Below, piece by piece: positions 12,170-24,889 of a stretch of DNA of 64,000 bases. A model generated the notes under the pieces. The model did no database searches. It was not told where the DNA came from and worked only from the letters and a program-made list of their open reading frames with translations. Positions within the stretch are counted from its first letter, which is position 1, and every line of letters begins with the position of its first letter. The stretch comes from Selaginella moellendorffii (Eukaryota; Plantae; Lycopodiophyta). The stretch spans positions 62,001 to 126,000 of the forward strand of contig NW_003314412.1 of NCBI RefSeq assembly GCF_000143415.4, written 5' to 3'. Made by a program: the position numbers and the translations under genes.

Positions 12170-13447
12170 TCAAAGCTTGATGATTACCACGGTCATGTTG
12201 TCTCTGGAGCAAGCTTCCTTGTCAAGGCAATGCTGGATGAGCTGAGAACATACATCCGATATCCTACCCTTGCAACACTGCACCCTCTCTCCAACAAAGT
12301 CGATCACTCCTTGGCTAGACATCGCACTCCAAATCCCATCGCTAGCCACCACCAGGAACTCGTCCCCGTGCTCGATGTCCACCTCCGTCACCTCTGGCTC
12401 GCAAATCACCTTTGGGCATTTCTTATAGTCTTCGTTCTTGTCAGGCTTGTCAAGCTTTGCGCTGGGCTGATTCATTCCGGGGCTTGGATTGTGATCAAAT
12501 CCGAGTGACAGTCTCGTTCTTGCCTCGCATTCTGGATCAATCTCCATCATAAATTCCTTGTCAAGGCGCCTCTCATAAGATTGCTCGTCGCCTCCACATA
12601 GACGATCATTCCAACAATTGAAATTACCATGACGATTCCTGAAATGAAGCCCTGGACGAGTGGTGCTAAACCCTATTTCGTCTCTCTCGAGCATACTTCG
12701 TCGATTGAACAGAGTTCTCGGATTCGTTGCAGCCATCTTCCTTTTCTCACCACCCTTGGACTTGAAGATCAAGCATCCGATCGCTCGCGACACTTTGAGG
12801 TTAGCCTCGCGATTACACTGGTAAAGGCGTCCATTCTCTACGCATCCATGGCACGCTTCAATCCTCTTGCGCTCCATCTCCAACTCCGGCGAGTGATCCC
12901 GCGAGAGATCCACCGCCACCTTGTCTCGTGACAGCACGCATCGACAATTCCCAGCGTTTGCCACGACGATCCTCTCCTTGTAAACAAGCGCCACGATGGC
13001 CGTGCTTCCCACCATCCTCAGCCAGTTCTTGTTGCTCAAACTCAGATCAGTTGATTTCATAACCCCGTTCTCCATGATCTTGTCCATGGCGTGAAAGGAA
13101 TCCCACAGACTCTGATGTGTTATCGACGAAGTCGATCCCGCCTTTTGGGCGCTGGCGATCCCAAAGATCCTCCTCGCTCTGTTCATCCTAGTCTCGAGAT
13201 CCTTGTGCAGATTGTCAGCACAGAGCTTGGATGTTAGAGAACCTTTATGGCCGTCATAAACTCCCACGAACAACACTTTATCCTCCTCCTCCTTGCAGTG
13301 CCCATGCTCAACCAAGACTTTCTCAAGCCCCATCCTGTACACCGTGAACGCATCGTTCATGGATTTCTTCCATCCTTGTATCGCACAAGCACCGAATCCA
13401 AAGCCATCGGCTCGAGATTCGTCCCTGCCTGGCAAGCAGCCTTCCAT
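12170..13447 (-). CDS. Intronless, divergent protein phosphatase 2C (PPM family)
   Basis: Motifs QGWKKSMNDA, VYDGHKG, GSTAIVAL, VVANAGNCRCVLSR, LSRDHSP, SRAIG, DEFLVVASDGIW and DNMTVVII. First ATG at 13447. Confidence 0.85.
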   Translation of the reverse strand: MEGCLPGRDESRADGFGFGACAIQGWKKSMNDAFTVYRMGLEKVLVEHGHCKEEEDKVLFVGVYDGHKGSLTSKLCADNLHKDLETRMNRARRIFGIASAQKAGSTSSITHQSLWDSFHAMDKIMENGVMKSTDLSLSNKNWLRMVGSTAIVALVYKERIVVANAGNCRCVLSRDKVAVDLSRDHSPELEMERKRIEACHGCVENGRLYQCNREANLKVSRAIGCLIFKSKGGEKRKMAATNPRTLFNRRSMLERDEIGFSTTRPGLHFRNRHGNFNCWNDRLCGGDEQSYERRLDKEFMMEIDPECEARTRLSLGFDHNPSPGMNQPSAKLDKPDKNEDYKKCPKVICEPEVTEVDIEHGDEFLVVASDGIWSAMSSQGVIDFVGERVQCCKGRISDVCSQLIQHCLDKEACSRDNMTVVIIKL

Positions 13448-13680
13448 GGACCATTCAAAAAAATCCGTCACCCAAATTTAACCCTGTCTCGAAGATGTAT
13501 TTTGACTTTTTATTTGTACCAACGAATCTTCTATATGATCGATCGCTACTCCACGCAAGGCCAAAAGCGCCGGGCATTGACGCCGCGCATCAGGTGATGA
13601 CGAAGAACTGTTCACCAACGAGCAGCCATTATTTTTTGCATGCCACACGCTAATATTACGTAGTCAATAGTCAAGGCTGA

Positions 13681-15029
<1,349 letters not shown>

Positions 15030-15085
15030 AAGCTAAAGTGAATATATACCTAGTATATACCCACATGCCCATCTAACTAACGTAG

Positions 15086-15159
15086 GTCTGGGTGGTGTAG
15101 TTGGTCATCACGCTAGTCTCACACACTAGAGGTCCCCGGTTCGAACCCGGGCTCAGACA
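15086..15159 (+). tRNA. tRNA-Val(CAC)
   Basis: GTCTGGG...CTCAGAC-A acceptor stem, anticodon arm CTAGT-CT-CAC-AC-ACTAG, T-arm GGTTCGAACCC. Confidence 0.96.
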
Positions 15160-15289
15160 TTAACAGTATCTCACAGCACATTAATTTTTAAACTTAATTT
15201 AGATCCACTAAATTGAATAAGTTATAACGACTTGAAAAAAGTTCTTTCTGTAAATATAAAGATTATTCTTACCATCAATTTTAATTAGT

Positions 15290-18136
15290 TTAGAGCTCAT
15301 CGTGACTTGGTACTATTGCCCCTGCTCGCAAGGCATCCAGCTGAGCTTGTAATTCCTGGAGTACCAACGGTGATCTCTTCTCTTTGTTTTAAAATTTGGA
15401 TTTCATACCTTCGCTCTCTCCTCGTAGCAAACAGCCGGTGTCCAGAAACTAGCAGCATACCTGCAAAGAAGAAAGTACGTACGAAAATTAGTGCGAGAGG
15501 AAGATGTTGCATACTCGCAGCGGCTTGGTTCTTCAATATCCGAGAGTTCTGACTTGAGCCCGCATCGCAACCTCACCTGGAAAGTAATCAACGAGCTAAA
15601 CGAAACAAAGTAAAATAAGCATAAACTACTTACTTTTAAGCTTCGTTGCGGCCCATTCCAACAGTGATCTCCATTCTGGAACTTAATAGATTTGTAATCG
15701 TCCAGGAATCCCTCCCAGGACCTGTGTACAAAACTTGAATGTAAGAGAGAGTAAGCATGCAGAATCTTACGCACCCCAGCCGTGTTGATGAATGGCCTTC
15801 TTCCTGCGTTGAGTCCTTGTAAAGGCAGACCTTATACACGTACCTGGTGCAAGATTTAAGCCAAGAAAAAGAAAAGAAAAGAAAAAAAGAGCGTACTTTT
15901 GTTGCCTCCTTTCGAAGCATTGATCGTAAAGAGAAAAGAATTCTCCTTCTTTCCCTGAAAGTAGAAGGGGTTAGTAAGTTCGAACAAGGAAGAAGCGGAT
16001 TTTAGCCACCAAAATCTTGCTTGAGCTTCTTCTGGAGTTCGGAAATCTTCGACTGCAGGTCGTTCAGCTTGTTATTTGCTTGCCGGTACTCACTACGAAT
16101 ACGATCAGCCTCTGCAACGACACAAAACGTTTTACTGCAACCAGTGAAAACAGGCTAAAATGCGAACCTGAAGCATCAACATGCATTCTCTTCAGACCCA
16201 ATAGAGTCAATAAGGCCCGAGGAGCTTGGCGTAGCTTCTGCCACCATGAAGTATCGGCTTTCTCGGATGAATCTGGACACAAGTGTCACTAAGAAATATT
16301 TAAAAGCTTTCATACCTGTGTAGTTATGGCTGTCGTATCCAAAATTGTCATAGTTATCGTCTTCGTCGTCGTCGTCGTGCCCGGAGTACACATCTTTGTC
16401 ATCGTTGCCATCGTATTCTTCTTCAACTTTATCTTCACCTTTATCTTCCCTTTCGGACGAAGACCCACCGGTCCATCGAGAAGCAACACGCTTTCCCAGC
16501 TCTTCTTTCGACAGGCCGTCAGTGTCCTCTGATTCAGAGTCGTCGGCAGGCTCAAGCCCAGATTCCGTGTCGACTTCGACTTCGGTTGGAAGCTGAGGTT
16601 TACTTTCTAATTGCTCTGCTTCCGTTGAGACTCCAGGTGGTTCCAGTTCTGAATGTTCCGGTTCCGTTTCGACCTCACTTGCAGCCGGAGGCTCAGGTTT
16701 GTGTTCTGTTTCTCCTTCCTGACACTGCGATATGGAAACAAGAATTTTGAAAAGAGAGGCTAAATACCTTTACTTGCTGAGATAATTCATTGTCAGCCTG
16801 TAAGCAACGAAGAAATCAACCTTTGGGCTCGACAATACAGTAAATTACCTCGTGACTGTCTACATTTGTCACCCCTTCTTGAACCTGCCAAACAGAAGAT
16901 CAAGTCAGCGAGGAGAAAACTAGTTTTCTTTACCTCTTCGGGTACAATCTCTTCAGCTGCTGTTGTAGTGTCGTTCTTATTAGCTTCCTCTTTGGCTTTT
17001 CTCTCCTGCTCCTCTTTAGCTTTCTTCTCTCTTTCCAGTCTCTCTGCCTCCTCTACAGCTTCCAGTTCGACTGCGTGAATCTTGATTAGCACCATACTTG
17101 ATAAATCTGACTCGATAATGCAATCTATCAGACATTAATTTCACCGGGGCAACCTCCTTTTTTTCATGGAATTTTTCCTACACAGGCGATCGAAGCCCAG
17201 CCACCATAATAGTCCAGCCATCACAAAAATCTCGAGCACCAGGAACGCTCTGAAGTCTGTCAATGACAAACAGCCATCACTATGGTGCTAGCATGCAACT
17301 AAAAAACTTGGAGTGCCGAGAAGTTGACGACATATAGAAACGGCGTGCAAAAAGAAAATCACAAGATGTACCTTTTAGTTTCTGCGTGATCTCCTTGAGG
17401 CTCTTTTCCTCTTTTTTCAAAGAAGAAAGCTCCCCTTCTTGCTGCTTCCTCGCGTGCTTATAGTGACGGATATCTTTGGCACGAATTTTCGCTCCTTCCT
17501 TGTAGACTGATACTTTCTTCTCCAGTTTCTCCCTGGATTTCTTCCCTGATTCCCAGCAAGTGTCCGAGCAAGTCGTCCTTCCATTGTATTCGTCACTCCC
17601 GTCGCAACAATCTGCCAAAGGAGCCATCACGGTCCATCAATCCATCGTAAAGCTTTTACCGCAAATGCCATCGTTCACACGGGACGAAAACAAAAAGTGT
17701 GGGGAGTGTCCAGCGTTTCTGCAGTAAAATCTGCCTTCCGGACAAGCCGAAGTCCCTGTTCACGATAGAAAAGAAATTCTCAATTCTCTGAGCGTTGGAA
17801 ACAAATAGAAGAACAAAACTACTCGCCTGGCTCATCGGTTCCATCGGGACAATCGCAATAATCGTCATTAAGGCGAGATAATGCGAAGCTCTTGGATTTA
17901 TCCTTGCACCATAGAGGCCCCCCACCCTGATAATATTTCAAATCTAGACAGACAAAGCCAAGCAATCACGCTCGATTCATCGCCCAGGAGCAAAACGCAC
18001 CTTCAGGAGCAATGCCTCGCGCTTTCTCCGCAGGCAATGCATCGCCGGCGGCAAAAGAGCGCAGCAAAAACAGGGCGCAGATAGCGCAGATCAGGAAATC
18101 CCAGCGATAGAAACACGGATCCGCGGCGATGCGCAT
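15290..18136 (-). CDS. PSL4: Glucosidase II beta subunit (PRKCSH/PSL4-like), multi-exon
   Basis: N-terminal signal, [27 protein letters not shown], acidic coiled coil, MRH domain ([26 protein letters not shown]) and C-terminal SHDEL-stop. Confidence 0.92.
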
Positions 18137-18296
18137 CCTTCCGCCCTGATCCTACATTCAGCGCGTCTCGCCCCGCAACAACCTAATCTAGAGAATCCTA
18201 GGGTTTAACAATCCTCGTGAGCGTACGGTTACTTTTGCTTTCAGTGGAATATTCACAGAATGTTTGTAGTACGGAGAACCTGAATATTCGGTCAAG

Positions 18297-20582
18297 TCAA
18301 CCCGTTGACGACAATGCCACGTAAGCGGCATCGTGCCGGGGGTCAATGGCGATGGCGTTGACGGCCGCGTGCTTCGCTCGTCCGGCATCTCCCTGGATCT
18401 TGGAAGCTCCCAGCAGTGACATCCACACCACCGAATTGCTATCCAGCGGCATCTTGGCGATAAACTCCTCGGCTTCTCCAAGCCTCCCAGCTCGTCCCAG
18501 AAGATCGATCACGCAGCCGAAGTGTTCTTCGCAAATCTCCACTCTGTGATCCCAGACCATGCTGGAGAAGCACTGGATCCCCTCCCACAGCAGCCCCGAG
18601 TGGCTACACCCCGATAGAACGCTCAAGAACGTCGAGCTATTCGGCCTGGCTCCCTCGCTTTGCATCCGGTAGAAGTGCCTGAGAGCTTCATCGCCCCTAC
18701 CGTGACGAGCAAGAGCTGTGACGAGAGTGTTCCACGAGGAGACATCGTCCCGGCTCTGGCACCGATCAAACATCCACTGCGAGTGATCCAGTCCCCCGGC
18801 CTTGCTATACATGTTGAGCAGCGCGGTCTCGAGCATGGAGTCGAGCGGCACGCCGCTCTCGAGAACGTAGCCGTGGATCGTCTTCCCTGTGGCCAGGCTC
18901 GTTCCGCTAGCGTTGAGGATTGTGACGAACGTAAGCTTGTCCGGTTTGATTCCTTCGTGTTGCATGCGTTGGAAGACGAGCATGCTGCTGTAATCGTCGT
19001 GGACGCAGGCGCTGATCATCGCGTTCCAGGTGACCAAGCTCCGCTGCTTCATCCTGTCAAACACTGCTCGCGAGTCATCCGCACTGCCAGCCTTTCCATA
19101 GAAGTTTACCAGCGCCGTCCCCAAGAACACGTCCTCCGTGAGACCGCTCTTGATCATCCTGGCGTGGATTTCTCTGCCGCGGGAGAGGAACTCTGGGCTG
19201 CAGCAGGCATTAAGAATCGTTAGAAAGCTCACCGAGTCAGGACTTACACCATCGGTCTGCATACCCTGGAAGAGCTCCAGTGCTTGCTTGCTATGACCAG
19301 CTTGGGCATACGCCGTGATCATCGCGTTCCAGAGAACCACGTCTTTCGGACTGCATCGCTCGAAGATCTTGGCTGCCTCGCAAACGCTTCCAATCCGGCT
19401 GTACATCTCGACCAGTGCAGTCGACACGAGAATGCTGCCGAGAAATCCAGCTTCGACGGCCAAGCTATGGAGAAGCTTGCCCTGTGCCGGGAGATTCGAC
19501 GAGGCGGCGAGAGCTGCCAGAAAAGTAGCCTCGCTGGGCTTGATGCCTTCCACTTGCATCGCCCAGAAGACCCCGAATGCTTGCTCGAATCGCTTGTTGT
19601 GAGCCAGCGCTGCCACCATCGCGTTCCAAGTGATCATGTTTCTCTGCCGCATTGCCGAGAAGATTTCCAGCGCGCGATCTGGGCAGCCAAGCTTGCCATA
19701 CATGTTGAGTAAGGCGGTGGCGACGATCACATCGCCCAGGTGGCCGCTCTCACAGACTCTGTCGTGGATCTGGATCCCTTCGCAAAGATCCGTGCAGGCG
19801 CTTAGCACCGCCACGAATGTGGTGCCGCTCGGAACAACAGGCTCGAGCAGCATCTCCCGCAAGAGCCCAATCGCCTCGCTGCAGTGCCCGTTCTTGGCAA
19901 ACGCTGCTATCATCGCGTTCCAAGGGATGGCATTCGATCTGGGCATCTTCTCAAAGATCGATCTTGCCAGATCGATCTTCCCCGATCCTGCATACATGTT
20001 GATGAGCGCCGTTCCCACGAAAGGATTGGAAGAGATCAGCCCGAGCTCCACGACACGGTCGTGCAAATTCCTGCCCTCTCCAAGAAAGAAATCCCCGCCG
20101 CTAGAACAGGCATTGACCATCGTCACCAGCGTCACTTGATCGGGAGGAACGCCTTCTAGCTGCATCCTCCGGAAAAGATGAAAGGCCGCCGCATAATCTC
20201 CGCTGTGGGCGTGAGCCGACGCCATTTCCGTCCAGAGAACGGCATCCTTGACACGGATCTCCTCGAAGAGCGCCCGAGCTTCTGCCAGATTTCCACACCG
20301 GACATACATATTTACCATGAGATTCGCCACGGCAACATCGCCGCCGAGCCCGATCCGCTCGACGAGCGCACGGATCCTCCTGCATTGCCAAGAACCCGCC
20401 CTAAGATCGCCACACGCTCCAACGATCGCGATCGCCGCGCCGCGCCGCGCCGCCGGCGAGCTGCCGGGATCAAAATCCCCGCTATCGAGAGAATCCAACA
20501 CGCGCTGGAGCTCTTGGATCGTCCAGATGGAAGGAAGAAGAGCGCCGAGAGAGGAAAATGCCCTTGTTCTAACAAAGCTCAT
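18297..20582 (-). CDS. PLS-class PPR protein with truncated E domain (intronless)
   Basis: 761-aa ORF with P-L-S triplets, CSHSGLL...HFGCVIDLLGRAG, ending HDAAYVALSS. Confidence 0.92.
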   Translation of the reverse strand: MSFVRTRAFSSLGALLPSIWTIQELQRVLDSLDSGDFDPGSSPAARRGAAIAIVGACGDLRAGSWQCRRIRALVERIGLGGDVAVANLMVNMYVRCGNLAEARALFEEIRVKDAVLWTEMASAHAHSGDYAAAFHLFRRMQLEGVPPDQVTLVTMVNACSSGGDFFLGEGRNLHDRVVELGLISSNPFVGTALINMYAGSGKIDLARSIFEKMPRSNAIPWNAMIAAFAKNGHCSEAIGLLREMLLEPVVPSGTTFVAVLSACTDLCEGIQIHDRVCESGHLGDVIVATALLNMYGKLGCPDRALEIFSAMRQRNMITWNAMVAALAHNKRFEQAFGVFWAMQVEGIKPSEATFLAALAASSNLPAQGKLLHSLAVEAGFLGSILVSTALVEMYSRIGSVCEAAKIFERCSPKDVVLWNAMITAYAQAGHSKQALELFQGMQTDGVSPDSVSFLTILNACCSPEFLSRGREIHARMIKSGLTEDVFLGTALVNFYGKAGSADDSRAVFDRMKQRSLVTWNAMISACVHDDYSSMLVFQRMQHEGIKPDKLTFVTILNASGTSLATGKTIHGYVLESGVPLDSMLETALLNMYSKAGGLDHSQWMFDRCQSRDDVSSWNTLVTALARHGRGDEALRHFYRMQSEGARPNSSTFLSVLSGCSHSGLLWEGIQCFSSMVWDHRVEICEEHFGCVIDLLGRAGRLGEAEEFIAKMPLDSNSVVWMSLLGASKIQGDAGRAKHAAVNAIAIDPRHDAAYVALSSTG

Positions 20583-20632
20583 GAATATTCCCTTTTCAAA
20601 AAGAAAAGCAAAAAGGCATTAAAAAAACTATT

Positions 20633-20716
20633 TGCTGGCTGTGGGGTTCGAACCCACGCGCATTGCAATGCAGGTGATCTTAAGTCACCCCCCTTAGACC
20701 ACTCGGGCAAACCAGC
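20633..20716 (-). tRNA. tRNA-Leu(TAA)
   Basis: Reverse complement reads GCTGGTTTGCCCGAGTGGTCTAAGGGGGGTGACTTAAGATCACC...GTGGGTTCGAACCCCACAGCCAGCA, with a long variable arm and a T7 terminator just downstream. Confidence 0.95.
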
Positions 20717-20794
20717 TCATTACATTAGAATTATACAAGATAGAGATTTTATAGTAACAATTCAATGTAAATTACACTAGTGATAAGAAATCTG

Positions 20795-22102
20795 TCAATA
20801 TCTAACGGTGGAGTGGCGCAGCCATAGCTCGTACATAACCATATGGAACGTATCATACTTGATCGGTGGAGAGTGCCACTCAAAGTGGGCTTGAGCCTGT
20901 GAAAACCATCGATCGATTATCAAATTCGAGAGAGCGCGAGGACGTACCTGGAGAAGATTTCTGTGCAGTGTTGCGTATGGAGCCAACTCAAGAGCATCTT
21001 TCAGCGTGCCGGCGTCTTGCTCGGGTAGAATCACAGCGAACTTTCTCCAGTCGAGCACGTCGTTGAAGGGAAGATCATAGTGATCCGAGAGAATCACTGC
21101 GGCAAAAGCACGATCATCCCCGATGAGATCTTAACTTGACAAAAGGACTTGCCTGGAACACAGCCGAAATGGATCGATTCGACTATCCTGGCAGTGCTCA
21201 CGCGCGTTCCGCTCGGGCAAATGCAAAACTTGCTACGGTAGAACTGCTGCATCCCGACGTGTTTCGTGCTGATCACCATATCCGAGTCTTCCTGCCATGT
21301 TTTTGTCAGAAGGATCCTGGTTTTGGAGTTCGCAGGACCGGCCCAAAAGCCAAGAGTCTCTCTGGCACATAGCTCTTTCGTGAGAACTTCTACTGGAGAA
21401 TCGAGAAGTGTAGTAGAGCCTACCTCTTTTCAGTGTCATCTCCACCTCTCGGCGAAGGAAATGGCTGTAAGATCTGTGGCAAGGCCACGTCTTTGTGAGG
21501 AATGAAAGGCCCGCTATAGCTCGAAGCGCAAACCACCCGGATGGAGTTCTTCACGAGATGAGCGACTTTGCTCGTCGCTCGCGTCCCAATCTCATGACAA
21601 GTCACGAAGAAATGGTCCGCTCCCATGGTCCGGTTCCAGTATGGGAATTTCGCAATCACGCTCTCCACGAAGCTCGCGACGTTGTCAGAAATTTCGTCGT
21701 GATCTAAGCCCTGGAAGGAAGAACACGGTCATTCAGTCACGCGAAGATCGAGAAAAACGCTTGAAATTTTCTTCTTACCTCCTCTCTCAATCGCGCACAG
21801 GAGATTGGGACAAAGAAGAGCTGCGCCTTCTCCGGATCTGTGGTGACAAAGCGGCTCTCCATGAGATTCCGGAAGAAATATCCCTCGCTCGCGTATTTCC
21901 CCGCGAGCTTGGTGTAGACAACCGGATCGGGATAGACGAAAACCTTGAGCTGCTGCTCCATCTGCTCGTAATCCTCCTGGAAAACATCCGCGACATGGAA
22001 GATTTCAGTGCCGAGCTCCGCAACGCCTGCATTGCTCGCCACTGCGATTGCAAATGCCAATGCGGCCAAGACGCGCGCCATGCCGGAAGATCTGTAGCTC
22101 AT
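20795..22102 (-). CDS. Exostosin family glycosyltransferase (GT47), multi-exon
   Basis: KVFVYP, GKYASEGYFF, DPEKAQLFFVP, PYWNRTMGADHFFVTCH, KDVALPQ, SKFCICPSG, ESIHFGCVP and YDLPFNDVLDW. Confidence 0.93.
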
Positions 22103-22226
22103 TCCAGATCGCTGGGACTAAAAAACCCTACCTACGTAGCTAGAGAGTCCAGTGGCGATGTAATGTGCTACCAAAGAGCTTTAACTTTCCCATTCTTTCC
22201 AAGAACCCTAATTTACAAGATCACTT

Positions 22227-22673
22227 CTACTCTACTGGGATTGCTCTTGGCTGTGGCTTGGGGGTCTTTGGAACTGTGATGCTAAGGACGCCATTGTCCA
22301 CTTGGGCTTTGATCGCATCCACATTGGCGCTCTCGGGCAGCCGGAATTTCCTCAGGAAGCTCCCATAGCTGCGCTCCACGCGGTGCCACTTATCGCTCTT
22401 CTGTGCCTCGTGCTTCTTCCTCTCGCCACTGATCTGGAGGGTGCGTCCATCCTCCACGCTGATCTTCACCTCCTCCTTGCTCAGCCCCGGGAGATCGGCC
22501 TTGAAGACGTGCGCTTCGGGCGTCTCGAGCCAATCCACGCGAGTGTTGGCGACGGCGCTCGCGTCCCTGGCCATCTGCTTGGACTGATCATTGCCACAAG
22601 CCAAGATCGATGAGAGCTCCGCGAAGGGATCGAAGATGCTGCTGCCATTGCCACCATAGAAGTGCAAAGCCAT
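22227..22673 (-). CDS. Class I cytosolic small heat-shock protein (HSP20), copy A
   Basis: [60 protein letters not shown] and a C-terminal I-X-V motif. Confidence 0.96.
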   Translation of the reverse strand: MALHFYGGNGSSIFDPFAELSSILACGNDQSKQMARDASAVANTRVDWLETPEAHVFKADLPGLSKEEVKISVEDGRTLQISGERKKHEAQKSDKWHRVERSYGSFLRKFRLPESANVDAIKAQVDNGVLSITVPKTPKPQPRAIPVE

Positions 22674-22749
22674 TGTTGGAACTTAGAAGAAGAAGAGATT
22701 GGTAACTCTGAGAAACGTTGATCGATGCCTGGGACTCGAGACTGCTCCT

Positions 22750-22815
22750 TTTTTATACATGGACAAAACATTCGAGAATATTCTAGAACCAACATATTCC
22801 AGAAGATTCTAGATT
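22750..22815 (-). promoter_or_regulatory. TATA box and heat-shock elements of sHSP copy A
   Basis: TATAAAAA on the minus strand at about 22749-22757, then TTCgaGAAtaTTCtaGAA and TTCcaGAAgaTTC arrays. Confidence 0.85.
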
Positions 22816-22949
22816 TGAAATTTCCAACGGCTGGGATTAAGTTTCCGATCTCGAATCTTTCTCCATATGGACCAGGTTTTATCGCGACAACGCTGGAGTC
22901 GTTTTCCACTGCATTACCTTCGAAAGTTCCCGAATTATGCAAAAGAGCT

Positions 22950-23530
22950 CTTTCATTTATGGGCAGCAACATCAACGGCTTGCTCCTAGTCAAAACCTTA
23001 GAAGGCGATCTAATCGTCACCAATCCCCTCACTCACCACTGGACTCTACCTCCACCACTGGAGGAATCAGTCGCTTCCCAGACTCGAGCTTCCAGGTTAT
23101 GGTTCCGTTGAGCTCCATGTCTCATTGTGATGCGGCAGCCTGGGAGAGTTGGGCAGTAGACATTGGAGCTGATCAGGTGTTGGCATCATTTTCCTGGCTT
23201 AGATTTGCAGCGATGAAAGTCATATTTTCCAAGATCAATTTTTGTAAGGTAGTCTGTAAACTTTGGTAATGACTTTCGTGCGATGGAATAACCTGCCACC
23301 AGAAACTCTCTACCTCAAGCTTGGCTACGCATATCCCCAGCCAGTTGTCTGTGGTGGACGAATCCTCCTCCCGTGCATGCAAACGCTGAGCAGTGGAGAT
23401 GGAGGAGTGACGAAAACCCTGGGTTGGGACAGTGGCAACCCTTTGTGGCAATGCCTGGTTTCTTGGGAGATCGTTCCAAGGGAGTGGTTTATTACTGCTG
23501 GACTCCAAGCAGAGGTCCTTCTTAGATGAC
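22950..23530 (+). pseudogene. Frameshifted F-box-associated-domain-like relic, copy 1
   Basis: GSNINGLLLV...IVTNPLTHHW.LPP resembles the region following plant F-box domains. The frame is broken, and a paralogous relic lies at 30.2-31.0 kb. Confidence 0.4.
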
Positions 23531-24889
23531 CATCTTGGACACCATACCCTTCATGTTCTCGTTGCTCAGGTTTTGTGTGCTTTTTCCATTTCTTCTTGTC
23601 ATGATTCTTTTTTTTTTTTTTTGAGTTTGTTTGTTTATATCTGCAGGTGTCTCTATTGAGGTTGATGAAGTGAGCAATGTTGTTCGCTATCAAACGACGA
23701 CCCATTTCCTCCAAAGAAGTTCGGTCTCCTGGATCTGCACCTCGAGATGAGCCAGCACCTTAGCAACTTCCTCGTTCATTTTGCTGCTCGTTCTCATGAT
23801 TACATTTGTGTTTTACATATATGAAGAACACCTGAACTGAAACCTAACCTATATGTTAGTGGCGTGTGATGTTTTGCTCGAAATCAGTTTTGCTCCGCAG
23901 CCTTTTACGATGTTGATACAGAATTGGCCGCGCTATACTTTCTATCACTCACAATTTCCTTTCACTCTCCTTCAAGCACAGCTGCACAATAACCTGATCT
24001 TGAAAAACATACAAACTTGTTAGAAGTTCCTCTTCTCGGAATTTGGAAACCCAGTAGGGGTCTTTGCACGTACGTCCAGAAAATCAACATCTGTGGAGGT
24101 CCAAAGATGCCATGCTGATTAATGATTAAACTCAGCAGTGTGTGATTTCTCCTTGTCCGGAAAAGAGAGATTTGATTGACATGGACTTTTCCCAACATTG
24201 GGAGAACTTTGTTTGATTTGCCCAAGTCAAGTGATGAAATTTGCTTCAAATCCAATGGTCAATTATCTAATCTTAACAAAAGCTGAAATGGTGGTATATT
24301 TTAGAATATGCTTAGATATATAGCTTTCCACACTCATTTGTATTTATATAGCTTATCTTGTGTTTATAACTTATAAACATGTTTGTAATTATAAACTTTA
24401 GATCTAAATATAATGTAAAGTATGAAATACTATTAAGAAAACTAAGTATTGTTTCATGCAATCATAAACAGTTATTTAAACATCTTATTAAATACATATT
24501 TTTAAAATAAATAATGTTAAAACATTTCAGACTAAACAATACTCTTCTATCAATATTAATTGATTTATTAAGAGCCTTATTTTATAATATTATTATATTT
24601 ATAACTTATTTTAGTATAAATAAACACTATTGCTCCAATCAGAATTAATTAAAAATTTAATGGATTATTTTGAATATAATATTGTGAGTGCTTGGAATAT
24701 GGAAAGGGAATACAGAAATGTGCATATCAATTAGCCCAAAAGCCCTAGCTTATATACAGGAGCGAGTGGTCCAGATTGAAACTAATCCGACGACTACCAA
24801 AATCCCACTACGCTAATATTAGTATACGGCATCGTAACCGTACACTTGGCCCTCACATCATCCCCCCCTCTCAGGATAATGGACGACCA

